This document shows, piece after piece, positions 12,675-26,234 of a stretch of 64,000 bases of DNA. The DNA lies in NCBI GenBank assembly GCA_010093705.1, contig MU006119.1, positions 11,002-75,001 of the forward strand, in the 5' to 3' direction. The DNA comes from Patellaria atrata CBS 101060 (lineage: Eukaryota). Each line of letters opens with the position of its first letter. Within the stretch, counting starts at the first letter, position 1. A program made the position numbers and the translations under genes. Below the pieces are notes generated by a model that saw only the letters and a program-made list of their open reading frames with translations, searched no databases and was not told the DNA's origin.

Positions 12675-15600
12675 ATGAACGTAAATGAAGAAAAGGATGT
12701 GTTATTCTTGCGAGCATCTACGCATTTGCTATCCCAGTTCAAAACCCTTCTACCTAAAGTTCTTTATAGAAGATCTGATCGAAATACCCGCAGAACTCAT
12801 AGCACAGCAAAGGAGAAACAGATTGCGAAGCTCATTATTTGTGTAAGTATATAAACTCCTCGACAATGATCTTTTGCTTATTCTCTCAGCTCGAACCTTT
12901 CCAAGAGGATCCACAGTTGCTCGATACTCATCTGAAAGAGATTCTTCGTCCCCTAGTGGAAGCCTTTTTGGAGGATCTTTGCAATTCTGTCTCGTTTCAG
13001 CCAAGTTCCGGAGTCACATCATTATCAAACGGACTCTGTCAGATTTTGTACACCCTTTGCAAAATACGCGGTGAGAAAGTTATTGTCGGATTCCTCAATA
13101 ATGAACCTCGCTTTCTAGAGCCTATTCTTATGCGTTTAGTTCGTCACCGACCACAAGCCAGAAGCGAGTCAATACAATCGCATCGAGGTCTTAGTTGGGA
13201 TGAAAACTACGTTCTGCTGCTGTGGCTTTCTCATTTAATGCTTACCCCTTTTGATTTGGCGTCCATTTCGTCACCACAAAACGATGACACACCTTCGCAG
13301 CTTCATCTAGAGATCCAACTTCCCGACCACTTGCCCAGTATTGCGAGTCGTATAATTCCTCTCTGTCTTGACTTTCTAGATGCCCCAACGAAAGAGAGGA
13401 ACGCTGCCGCTGCCCTGCTTGTTCGATTGAGTCTAAGACCTGACATGAGAGAGTTTGGACTGCTTGACTCGATGATACGATGGGCTTTGATATTTTTCGC
13501 CAATGTATCCGAAATGCCTTCGGAGATACATCATTCTCTTGGTGTTCTGGCATATCTAAGTAGATTGGTCGCCTCAGCGACAGATGGGGAAATCGGACCA
13601 CACGTGTCCGCGATTTTCGTCGCATGCAAACATATCTTGGATAGTACATCTCTTAAATCGTCCGCTGTTGCGAGAAAGCTTATCATCAAGACCCTTCGTA
13701 ATATCGTCGTCCACTGTATCAAAACCCACCCTACCCTAGATTCTACGGCTGCGATGCTTGAGGATGTCATCGATTTTCTACTGGAGTCGCTCTCTGACCG
13801 TGACACGCCTGTCCGATATGCTACGAGCAAAGCTTTGAGTATTATAGCAATGGCACTTGAACAAGCAATGAGCGAAGAGGTTGTCGAAGCCATACTTGGA
13901 TTCCTCAACGAGGACATTGTTTTGAAAGGGTCAGCCAAAAGTTTGAGTTCGGTCAATCCCCTGAGATGGCATGGCCTAATACTCACACTATCTCATCTTT
14001 TATACCGTAAAACAGTCAAGACTGCGCAACTCCCCGACGTCCTAAATGCATTAGTGATCGGTCTTTCTTTTAAGCAACGCACACCAACAGGGGGTTCTAT
14101 TGGTATTAATGTCCGGGACGCAGCGTGCTTCGGGATTTGGGCTCTTTCAAGACGATATAGTACACCTGAATTGCTCACTGTCCAGACCAACTCTATACCT
14201 GCTGCAGCAGGTTATGATAACAGTCATTCGATTCCGCAAGTGCTCGCTATCGAACTCTTGGTTACTGCATGTCTCGATCCTACCGGAAACATCAGGCGTG
14301 GCTCATCTGCAGCTTTACAGGAGTTGATCGGTCGGCACCCGGATACGATCTACGCAGGAATACAGCTCACTCAAGTTGTGGATTATAATGCTGTGGGCCT
14401 AAGAGAGCGAGCACTATCTGATGTTAGTGTAAAAGCTGGCAAATTACAGAAACTCTACTGGAAAGCTCTGTTTCAGGAGTTACTGGGATGGAGAGGTGTT
14501 GGATCGTTAGATTCTGAATCGCGGATCGCATCCGCAACCGCAATCGCCAAATTGAGCGAAAATCAACCCATGCAAGTAGTGGGTGATATGCTAAATCAGA
14601 TCGTAATACGGCTCAATCAATGTACCTCCACGGATGTCGAAGAACGCCATGGTCTCATCCTCAGTCAAGCGTCTCTGATCAAGATATGCGTCTTGAACTC
14701 TAAGGAAGAGTCTACCGGGATTCAGGAACGATCAATACAAGATCTAGAGGACTTACTACTGCAGTGGTCGACTCTGGGTTCTTGTATCAATCTCACAGAA
14801 GAGTCCTTTATGAATAGCTCCCTACGGCCGGAGCTCACATCTTCCGCCTATATTTATCTATTAGGGTCTCTATCTGGACTCAATCAGCGTCTGAAATCTA
14901 ATGTAATCAAACAACAACAAATTATGCATGTCCCTGAACTTGCATTGTCATGGTTGGACTTCTGTCTGACCCGAACGGAGGACGCTGTACTCCTCTCACT
15001 TCCCGAAGCTGTAAGAGGATTATGCTCCATTCTCCCATCACCACGACGTCATGATATTGTAAGATCTTGGCTAGATCAAGTCAAACACAGCTCTTCTCGA
15101 ATTTCAGGGAGTGCGTTGGGATACCCCATCGCTCTAGGGGCTAGTTACGCAACGCTAGAAGATGAGATGGAGATCAAACAAAGAATTTTAGACATTCTTA
15201 CATCTCGGTGTACTCTGGAAGGCCCCATAGAATCACGCGTAAATGCAATTACAAGTTTGAGCCTGACTTTCGAAACCGTCTCCACAGACGTTGCCATGTC
15301 ACAGCAGTCAATCAGTCGTATTACCGAAGCTATACACGCGAGCCTAAATGATTACACCATCAATGAACGGGGCGATATTGGATCTCTCGTCCGGCTAGAA
15401 GCTATCAGTGCAGTTGCAAAAAGCTCGCATCTCGGTATCTTCCATACTGAGATGAATGAAACTGTGGTTGAGGCTGATATCACGAGGTTATCATTAGAGA
15501 AACTGGACAAAGTCCGAACTGAAGCAGCAAGTTGTTTATCACGACTTACTCATCCTGATACTATTCAATACTATGATGTCTTGCAGGCCTCGTCATACGA

Positions 15601-16316
15601 ATATTTCTTGAACACTTTGGTCGACGCCCTCCAACCCGAATGTTTACCTTGGAAAAGGTTCGCGATCTTTCAGGGTTATATTAGTTCCGCCGGCTTAGGT
15701 TCTGAGTCGGTAATCCAGATGTCTAGATCAGCTCTTGTTGATGTACTCACCAAACTCGCCATCAACGATGAAAATAACGTAGATCTAGTTGATGTTTGCA
15801 ACGTGTTGTTGGAAATCTTTAGAGTCAACTTATCGACTGATAGGACCATTCTACCTCTACTTGAAGTGTACGCTTTTCTCTTCGATGCCCATGTTATGCA
15901 ACGCTTAATTGGGACTGATTTCAAGTAAGTTGCATCGAATTATCTTCCGACGCTCAGTCCTTTAACGTTGCATAAGGTGGCGAACTCTACTTTCTCTTGT
16001 CCAGAAGGCACACTTTAAGTCAACAATAATACCGAAGCTTATAGGGGCTATCGCAGTATATAGAGGCCTCGCAGAAATACCCGTTGTACAGATTGACGTC
16101 AAAGTCAAGCTTTGCAACATGCTATTACATCCCTTCCCAATGGTCAGTGCTTGCTCATCCTATCATGCGAAAGCTAACGTCTACTACCAGGTGAGGAATG
16201 CAGCATCAGAGACACTGTTAATTCTTACTGGCAATGTTGAGCTAAAATCAAAAGACTGGTCACGATCCCCAAAGACTCTTCGGGAATTCGTGGAGACTAT
16301 CAAGCAGAAAATCTGA
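12675..16316 (+). CDS. Tubulin-folding cofactor D (TBCD/Cin1/Alp1)
   Basis: LEPFQEDPQLLD, LLLWLSHLMLTPFDL, VRDAACFGIWALSR, DYTINERGDIGSLVR, LLHPFP; introns ~12843-12889, 15925-15976, 16144-16190. Confidence 0.92.
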
Positions 16317-16411
16317 TCGAGTCAATCTTGTAGGCTGGGCCAGGTACAATACAAGTATACTATTAGTCTCTATCTGCTCTAAGCATGTTACAAGAGCTTC
16401 ATATGCGCCGA

Positions 16412-17960
16412 CTATGCCTTCTCAGAAGTTTGATGTGTAACCCTGCTTACACTACCCTCCTGACTTCCAGGCATTGAGATTCCCTGAAGGCGGTTCTGCT
16501 CGAACATGCTCCAGTCACCAATCTGCTCATCACTAAACTGATCGATATCTAGACCAATCATCTCGACCTCCTCAGTGGCGCGCAGGTGCATTCCGGGGAT
16601 ATACTTCAGGACATAGAGCAAGATACAGCTAACAACGAAGGAATATGCGGAAATCGCGCAAATCTCAGCCAACTGCCGTCCAACTTGAACACCAACACCG
16701 TCGAGAGCGCCTTCGGCTACGGTGCCACCATCAAGCATAGAAACCCAAGACTGGGCGAAGATGCCTGTAAGGAAAGATCCTGTCATGCCGCCAATGCCGT
16801 GAAGCTTGAAGACGTCGAGGCCTTCGTCGATACGAATCCACTCATTCATGTTCTGGCAAAGAGCGCAGACGATGCCAGTCAAGAAGCCAATAAGAGCTGC
16901 AATCCAGGGAGAAACGTAACCTGCTGCGGGAGTAATGCCTACAAGACCAGCAATAGCACCCTCACAAGCACCAACTACGGAAAATTTACCTTTGTGCTTG
17001 ATATAGTCAACAAGGACCCAACCAAGCACACCGGTAGAGGCAGCAGCGTTTGTATTGAAGAGGGCCATGAGGGAGCGCATCGTTGCATTGAGAGTCGAAC
17101 CGCCGTTGAATCCAAACCAACCAAACCAAATGAGGACAGTACCGAGGAAGACCAAGGTGGTGTTGTGCGGCTTGAGGTGGGACTTGTCGCCATGACCCTT
17201 ACGTTTGCCTAGCACGAAGGCATATGCAAGGGCGGACCAACCCGACGCGACGTGGACGGGCCCACCACCAGCGAAGTCCAGAGACGGGAGGTTATAGAGC
17301 CATCCGTTGCCATTCCATGTCCAGCACGCAATTGGACAGTAGACGATAGTAGCCCAGCAGAAGGCGAAGACGAGGGACGGCAAGATACGACCACGTTCAA
17401 AAGCGCCGCCGATGACTAGCTGAACAGTACAGGCGCAGAAGAGGAGTTGGTAGAAGCAGAATAGTATTTCTGGTTGAAGCGTAGACCCTGGAGATGGGGC
17501 TACCCCGACATTTCGCAACCCGAAGTTTTCGAGGTTACCTATGAAGCTGCTTGCTGTACGGCTGTAGGCCAACGAATATCCCCAAAACATCCACTGAAAG
17601 GTGGTACTAAAGGTATGTTCAGCAAAACCTCGCTAAGTCAAAAGAGGCAAGACGGACACTCACATTGCAGCGACCATAATGGACTGGAATAGGAGGGCGA
17701 GTGAAGACTTGCGACGGGCAAGGCCGCTATAGAGCAAGCCAATGCCCGGTATGATGAGCCATACAACGAAGGCGCAAAGCGAGAGGTAGACAAAATGGAA
17801 CTCCAAGCCGGTGAATTGCGTATTCACATCGTAGGTGAAAGGGTCACCACCAGTGGGCATAGACTCGTCATATTCGGGCTGGATCGTAGGATGCCATGGG
17901 TTAGTTATATTATTAGGGAACAATCATGTTAGATGATGGTTGACTTACAGTTTCAGCCAT
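16412..17960 (-). CDS. Ammonium transporter (Amt/Mep family)
   Basis: DFAGGGPVH, WFGWFGFNGGS, AGLVGITPAAG, DVFKLHGIGG (twin His); short first exon MAET, two introns. Confidence 0.95.
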
Positions 17961-19846
17961 TATTAATCAACTCTGTGTTGGAATTACTTTCACCGAAGGT
18001 CACAACGCGCGAATGACTGTCTACGGGTGTTGATGGGCGCGGTTCATATATACCTTTAACATGACCACTCCATCAGGTAATCGGCTCGATGCCAACAGTT
18101 ATTTCGGGCCATGCACCCCCATGCCACGCCGTACGCTATACTATCTAATATCCACATCACAACCGATACTGTCCAAACTCTTGGATCCTTTAAATGGGAT
18201 GGGCCACGCGATTAACTCTTCCAAATAAAGCACATCGTGGTTTTAAGAGTACCTGATTGATGGCTTGTCTGAACTAAGTTGTCCGTTGGACGTGGACATA
18301 CAAGGCCTACCGCAAATATTTCTTGCCGCAATCACCAAAAACACCAAAATAAACTGAATTCAACTTTATCTCAACACAACGCAGGACTCGACAGCTTATT
18401 TTGAAAGACTTCTAGTAGCTAATTGCAATATGCTCTTTTTAACGGTACCAAAATCTTTTTATAAGCAGTATTTGGCGTTCAGTAATAAGCATTTAAAATA
18501 GTCGACTCGTTTTGCATGGCAACGAATATATGCAAAGATACCGTATGATAGATCCCCTTGATCCCGACTTGGGCGACGCGCCCACTACTCGCTATATTTC
18601 ACGCGAGTCGCATCGAGACCATTGAGACTTGGCAACTGATAAGGACGTGTGTTTGCCTTCAAGTGCAGGCGAAACACGACTGCGGATTTGTACCACAGTA
18701 AAGGTTGATAGGAAGGACAACGACGCTAAGAGACTAGAAGCGACTCGGCGCTGTAGATGCGGACCTGGATGGGATGTCGAACTGATTCTCCCGCTCCATG
18801 TAGTTCTAGCTTCCTATATGGGGAATTAGCATGATTAGGATAGTACTAGTTCAATGAAGACAACATTCAAATCTATTACCTATTACCAGTTACTACGTAC
18901 TCACATAACTATCCGGCAAAGACGGCGCGATATCTTTACTAGCTAACCCAAGGCCCACCTCAAAACTCAAATTGAACGTCAACCTCCTTAAAGTCACCTC
19001 ATCCAAGCCTTTCCCAAACCAAACACGTCGCCCCGTCATATGTATTCTCTGTCTAGAATCCTTCCCTCGTCTCAGCTGTCACTACTGTAAAGTTATCGGT
19101 AATGCTTGAACATCCAACCAACAAACAAACTGGAGAATAATGCATTTATCTTATTAAGGCCGCCGGATCTCTAAGGCTTTCTTGTTACAGCATCAAAACC
19201 ATGTATCCCACGTTGTAGCCCTCCACACACCTTAGGCCACCAATCAGGAGCATAACCTTCTATGAGGAGTTGAAGACTGATAGGACATGAAGGGAAATGT
19301 GAAAGTTACCTTATCTCTGTGGCTTCGGTAAGGCTGCGCCCAGAGAGACGCCACTGCTGGATACCCGGTGATTACTGCCCCTTTATGTACCCGTTGTATC
19401 CCGCTGCGCCCTGTACTTGTAGTTCTACATCAACACTTTTTGTGCCCCGTTACTTTGGGACTTACCAGTAACCCGTGCATTCCGCCCTTCCCGTTGCTGT
19501 CCGTATGGATGTTCGATCCACTCATCATTCTGGAAAGCCAGAAAGGGTGTGAATTGACGACATGCGTAACACCCAAACCGGTGTATTAGTTCTACTGTGA
19601 TGAGAATCATGAGATACAGCTCTAGAACACTCTTTGTCGACTCCGTAGTAGGATCTGATGCGTATGCGGGTATCCGCCGAATATCCCGACCTTCGTGGGC
19701 GTCTGAAGCCGTATATCTATATCTGGATGTCGTCGAGCACATCGCAAAGCTAATAAATCCCAGGTAAGCTACTCTAGAACTAAATGAACGAACGGAAGTA
19801 TGTGGAGCAATCTAAGCATCGGATTGTCTATTCCTACTCCAACGCC

Positions 19847-21757
19847 CTAACCTACAAAGATGACATACCGTGGGCCCTCTACAGTTTTCATCTGCCATAC
19901 CTCAGACTTGAATACACGAATCACCCAAGACAAGACCCGGTTATCCAGGGTATTCAATCGAAACGCGTTACTCTCATCAACAGCAGTATCTTGACACAAG
20001 GACTTCAGATATTGAACTGACTGTTCGTCTTCCTCATCTGGTTCCTGTCCGAATGGATAAATCGATTCCAATTGAGTAATCCAATACTTTACCGGTGACC
20101 CATCTTCCGTGCTTATACAGTGACTCCATGCGGCCGTTAGCCAGAGCATCCATCCAGTGTCTTCTTCGTCCGCTTCTCGTAGGTTGCTTGCAGCAATGCA
20201 ACCAAATAGCACAAGACAAGTCTTCTCCAAGCTTTTGCTGATACCTCTATCTATATAATGAAGTGTCTCGAAAGCAAGGTCAAGACACATAATTCCAGTG
20301 GCATGACCGGATATAGACGCCTGATACTTTGCGGGCAGCATACGCTTAAATAATAAGTCCTGCAACGTTTTGCATTGCGCCGTAAGAATGCTACGCTGAC
20401 CGTCACGATAAATCTGAGAGTATCTTTGGTTCCGATTCTGTGGATTCGTCGGTAGGTCAGCATCATGCACTAAAATTCTCATTAACTTAGTCCGTAAAGA
20501 TTCAAGTAGCTGCTGATAAGTAGCCAGTATAAACCTCTCTGCCGGGTCGTTCGACTGATTTTGTGGTAGAGAACCACTTAAAATGGATATCCTGTTCTTT
20601 GAATGATAAGGAGAAACTTTCCGAGAGGACAGAACAAACTCCAGTACAGCTCTAAACATGACCATAGGAATACCGCTCGGGCAAAGTTTATCTCTATAAA
20701 GAGAATCGGCTTCATATGAGGGTGATGCAACATGAAAGAGCCCGTTCTTCGTCTCCCAAGTCGCAGTATTGTACTGATTTGGATAAAGCTGCTTTAGGGT
20801 CTCGTATACTGGCTTTGATGGTTTACTAAGTTGGACAGTAACTATGTCGTACGGGTTCTTCTGCACACAGAATCCGTATCCAAGGAGAACTACAGAGTAT
20901 TAGAATTTTTCAGGGTTATATGTGAAGTTCCCATGCCATCGCTTGGGTTGGATAATGAGAAAGACCCGTATCGAAAAGTTACACATACGCTCACCATTAC
21001 TCTTATTCGAGTAGTTGTTAAAGACTTGAGAGCCGCGCTCGATAGGGTTCAATGAGGAGATTCCGAATTCGCCGTTCTGAAATAGCCAAATGACCTGTTC
21101 GTCCACGCGATGATTGAAAATATCCATGACTGGATATAGTATGGATATTCCTGTTTGAATTGTCGGGAGAGCTAGCTTAGCTGAGAATGCTCTTGAACTA
21201 AAAATGTTCGCTGCCCACATGTAGAGGTCAAAAGTGAAACGTGTATCAGCGTGCCCATTTCGACATAAAATTTCACATCCTTGAGTCCATTCGTTGCGCC
21301 AGGTTTCAACCGTTGGTTCAATTGCACCATGGACATTTGTACCTTTCAGCCACTCTAGATCATTTTCTCCAAAGTAGAATGGCGTCATTAGTTGCTCTGG
21401 ACTGGGTAAACTTTCGATATAAGGTGACCAGTAGCTTTGGCTGCCGAGAAGAAGCTGTTCCATAAGGAAGAAATATGAAATGGTATGCGGTAAAACAAGA
21501 TCCCGCAAATAACGAATGCTGCTTTTTGAGCTGTCACGAACCGCATAATGATCGGGAAAAACGTTCAGATACGACAGGGACAGTGATAGTGGACATCTAC
21601 AGAGTAATAAGTTCTCCGCTTGCTTTGAGATGGAATCCCGAGCTCGAAAATGGACACCATTGAGGTCATCATTCTCGATTGCTAAGTTTTCGTGCATGAA
21701 GCCGTTATTTTCCTTGAACCAGCCCGTGAGATTTTCGCGTACTGATGATGACAGCAT
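19847..21757 (-). CDS. SET-domain protein lysine methyltransferase (Rkm/Efm1/SETD3-like)
   Basis: SYWSPYIESLP, WAANIFSSRAF, LYPVMDIFNH, VFNNYSNKSNGE-LLLGYGF across intron ~20890-20986. Confidence 0.85.
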
Positions 21758-24487
21758 GGTGGGTAAATGGTTCTCTACAGCTAAGAGACCTCGATAAAGC
21801 GGACATTATAGAAACTTTAATTCTTCATCTTACTATTTTCAGATGGCGGACATAAAGCAACTGTTTGTCAAATTAACGGAAATTTGAACAAGGATGCGGG
21901 AAGTGGAGCGGTTGAAGCTTGCTTCCTGCTCTAAACTCGGCTAAGAGAAGTACTAACAGGAGAACAATGAAAAATAGGGTATGTTATGCTCCAAGAAGGT
22001 GATCAACGAAATGTAGACCGATAGGGGTGAGACAGAGGAGTGCTTTCTGCGCTTGATGATATAAATCTTGCTCGGCTTTTGTTCGGCACAGAATGCGAAG
22101 GGCTCCCGTCCTCGTCTTTTTTGTGAGATTTCTGATAACTGAATATAGTCACTTGCTTTGCTAGTACTGAGAAATACGGACTATTTATATACTGAAAGAT
22201 GACGACGAGCATGAATCCAAAAAAACAGATAAAGCAACACAGATACATGTTATGTTAGAGATTTGTTTCAATACAGTCTGACACAATGTCTCAAGCTAAT
22301 ATTCCATACCATTAAGAAAACGGTAACTTATTTCCACTAAGTTAGTCAGCATCACATTTACCCGATGGTAAGCTCCACCATGCTAACCACGTCAGGTATA
22401 AAAAATAAGGCTGTCAGGATTCAGCCATCTGACATTTTCCCATAGTACCTTATTTTGCATAATTATTGAGTTTTAGAGTATCTTTCCCTCACATCCCTAT
22501 CGCGGATCATAGCATTTGCAACCATGTGAATCATAGTTTCCGTACAAGTTCTCGCAGTCTATAGACCTGTCTTCGATCATGATATCACCTAGTGAGTCAT
22601 CTCCCATTATCTTTCAATACCGACCGTTTTAAATGCAAAGTCATGCACAATCGAATGAGGTTATTAGGTCAAAGGACGAGATGTAATTAGCAGTAACGCA
22701 GCGAAATATGAAATATTCACGCTGTGTGAAGCAAATCCACTAATCCAGGCGCCAATGCAGAATTTGTGTCAAATATACCGATTATTGAGGAGACGATCCT
22801 GTCCTGTACAACTACCGGGAGCTTCGCGGGCTTCCTTTCCTCGCGTAGAGTAAATTATGGACCCTAGAGATGGACTTAATTCCTTAGTAGAAGTGGATAG
22901 GTAGACATAAGCGACGAAAGAAATTGACTTATCGTGTTTAGAGAGGGATAATTCTTGGTCAACACTAAACGCGCCTGAGAATGTGTTGCATTAACTATCA
23001 CACGCGCAAGGCAATCCAGTATTATCTAGTCTGTCAAGCGGTAAATCTAACAATTCGACGACACACATCAAATGCGACCAGGTAAAGAGGGAAGTATAGC
23101 GCTCCGCTTTCAGAAAGTTCAAATCAAAGAGCTTCCCCTCGTACTTAGTTTTGGAGTAGATACGTGTGTACAACCAACCAGAACACAGCAACTGACGGCA
23201 ATTCAAAAAAAGTTTTAATTTTATGATTAGTGAAGGGTTCAGAAAGCTGTGAAGAAAGTATACCGAATCTGAGAGGTTAGATAGGATAATGATCGAAGAT
23301 TATGACATTATTGCACTAGCGTGAGTATGCTAATAGACTATCATAGGTATGAAATAATGAGTCGTTGGGAATAGGAGAGACTCTACCTGGGGTAAAAAGG
23401 GAAAACGGAATAACGAAGGACACAACGTGTCGATGAAAACGCTTTAGGTTTTGATCTGAGTACGTATAAATAGCTACTTAAATGGTGTGAGCACAAGGTG
23501 TTCTACGCGCGCTAGACTACTAGAAATGCTGGCCATTGGGCGCGAAGGATTCTCAGCTTCGCCTAAAATATTACTGGCCCCTCCGTTTAAAGCGTAGGTA
23601 TAACGAAATGATGTATTGGAGCGCATATAATGCATCTTACGAACGAAGGAGGAAGCTGCGAGAGCTGCTTGCAGCGTGGCTTCGGTGAGGATTGCACGTT
23701 ATATGAGGCCGTTAAGTGAGCTAGTAACAGGGGATTGGGATATTTCGCCACAACAGCTTGATTCTGTAGATACCCGAAGCTATATTGATAATGACCGGCA
23801 TAACCCTTCTAACACCTCTTGGTAGTGACTCTACTAACGAAAGTGAAGAGATATCCGGAACATTCAGTAACCTCCTCGGTAGCTGCTCTCAGTCGACCAA
23901 CGAAAGAATCTTCCCTCTGCAGTAGCACTGATAAGGGGAGCGTTGACGAGGCGGTTGACGCGGTACTTTCCCCGGGTGTGAAGTCCTTAAAATCCGGAAC
24001 ATCCTGATCTCTCCAACAAGAGATTCGTATATAGTGGGCGGATTGAAGGAGAAGAAGCATTCTGCGGGTAGAATGCTTTCGTCGATGCTACCAAGGTCCT
24101 AGATAAGGACTGGTGTTCGTTAGTGTGCTATATGCCATGCGGAGTGCACCTAGTTCTACCAGTCGATCCGCAGTCTCAAGACATTCTCAAAGATGGTATG
24201 AACCGGGTGACGTTGAACGCAAGTATGTGGTGTTTTGAGTAACGAGACTAAGCGTAGAAAGAGATCCGAGATTTGGAAGGTATCCGGTCGAGATCAAATG
24301 GAGGGATAGTAATTGTCACTCCCCCTACCACACCCAAGGATCAGTAAATTGTATTCAGTAGGTCTGATTTGATTGCAGTAGTTCACTTTCCTCTGCTAGC
24401 GTAACCCCGATGCAGTGCCACTGGAGAGCGGTGTCTAGTCACTCGAGAGAATTCACCCTCTCATCTCGAGGGGCTGTCATCTACCAT

Positions 24488-24979
24488 CTAACTTAGAGGA
24501 AATATCCCTGGTCTCTGCGCAATAAGGTTCAGAAATGGGTCGAATAACCTCCTGTCTATGACCTCCCCATTCCTTTGTCGAGAGACCCAGTCTAGTAAAT
24601 CCTCCCAAGAGATCCACTCCCACCCCTCGCACTTATCCGGTTCGAGGAGCTGCGCTTCACTATCATCATTCTCGCGCTCGCAGACCATGAAGAGAGTGAT
24701 ATAGTGCTTATCATCGGCGGGCATATAATCGTTTGTCGCAGTAAGAAAGCGCACATTTTTCACCACCAACCCTGTTTCTTCGAGGAGTTCGCGAGCCGCG
24801 CAAGTCTCGGGATCTTCGCCGAATTCGAGGTGACCACCGGGTAGAGCGTACGTGCCAGCGCCGTGCGCGTTTATTCGTTTGCCAATAATGAAGCGTGGGT
24901 TTCGCGGGTTTTCGTGTGGAGAGGCAAGGACGAAGGCCCCAACGCCGACGCGGACAAATCGCGAGGCGGCGGTGGTCAT
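24488..24979 (-). CDS. Nudix hydrolase (NUDT15/AtNUDT1-like); in-frame upstream ATGs extend to 25153
   Basis: Nudix box GGHLEFGEDPETCAARELLEETGL; RVGVG, HYITLFM, EPDKCEGWEW. Confidence 0.9.
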   Translation of the reverse strand: MTTAASRFVRVGVGAFVLASPHENPRNPRFIIGKRINAHGAGTYALPGGHLEFGEDPETCAARELLEETGLVVKNVRFLTATNDYMPADDKHYITLFMVCERENDDSEAQLLEPDKCEGWEWISWEDLLDWVSRQRNGEVIDRRLFDPFLNLIAQRPGIFPLS

Positions 24980-25224
24980 GTTTAGCGTTGGGAGATTTCT
25001 ATCTTGGGTGGACTCCATCGAAGGTTGGCCGTACGAAATCCCAGATACACTCCCTTTTACGAGCATGAGTGACCTTTCCCGAATCCCGAGTGGTCGTGAG
25101 GTTGTAAAGGGACGGAAGTAAGTAGTTAGATTAGTTTTACTGAAACTAACCATATTAGACTATAATTACAGTACAGCTACAGGGATACCCTAGGGGCTGT
25201 TTACTTACCTCGTTTTCCTCCGTG

Positions 25225-25741
25225 TGTTACGGCCACAGAACGAAAAGACAGCATTACCAGTAAAACGGTAGCACGAGGTGCCGGGACGGAACAACGAACA
25301 TGCAAGTCACGTGACCAGTAGTTACTAAGCAGTGATCCCAGTGATCCCACTTGGAAGAATGGGAGCAACGGGAGCAATGGGAGCAGTGGGCGCACGCTCA
25401 TTTACGACTATGGAGAATGGAATATTTAGGGACGGTCTTTCCCTCATGTATTTAGATTCTTCGTAGTTATTCTTACCATCAATCTTACCCAAAGATTTGG
25501 ATGTTACGGTTTTGAACTTGACTTCACTTGTTACGCTGTTTCCATACAGTATGTCTTGTCTCATCGTGAGCATTACCCGAAGTCAAGGAGTCAGCAAGTT
25601 GTACCGTCAACTTGAAGTGCCTTTGTTATACGTATCCTATCACTTTGCCAAACCTACCCTAGTGGTTGACCACGTTAAGTGAGAAGCCGTTTCTAGACTT
25701 ATCCTGTTCTGTCTCGATAAGTATAGACTCCCGTTGGAACA
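25225..25741 (+). mobile_element. Solo LTR-like element (copy 2)
   Basis: Begins TGTTAC, ends GTTGGAACA; CACGTG at 25308; core matches copy 1 and is the inverse of copy 4. Confidence 0.8.
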
Positions 25742-26218
25742 GAAACGCGCCAGGTTTCTCACTAACGTGATCAACCTTAAGGTAGGTTCCGTTAATGACA
25801 GGAGGTCGTGTGAGTTAGGCACTTCAAGTTATCGATATAACTTGCTGACTCCTTAACTCTATGGGCAAGGCTCACGGATAGAGACAAAGCGTACTGTATG
25901 GAAACAGCGTGACAAAGTCGAGTTAAGTCGAAGACCGTAACATCCAAACTGGATGGTAAGAAGTACTACGAAGAATCTAAATACATGAGTAAAGGAGTGT
26001 CCTTAAGTATTCCTTCTTCATAGCCCTGTTTGCCCTATAGCCTCCTCTGATCAATGGCCAACACCATTGACCAACGCTGGCCACTGGCCCCTTTGGTCAC
26101 TCTTGATCAATGGTCAATACCGTTGACCTACGCTGGCCACTCATCACGTCACGTGACCTCCGTGTTAGTAAATAATAGGCTAATTAGGGGGTAATTTACT
26201 AAATAAGAGTCCGTGTCA
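25742..26218 (-). mobile_element. Older, diverged LTR-like element (copy 3) lacking ~45 bp of its 3' end
   Basis: 25742-26015 aligns with the core with many substitutions and indels; CACGTG at 26150; probable 5' end TGACACGG at 26218. Confidence 0.7.
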
Positions 26219-26234
26219 TTGACCTAGATCACGG

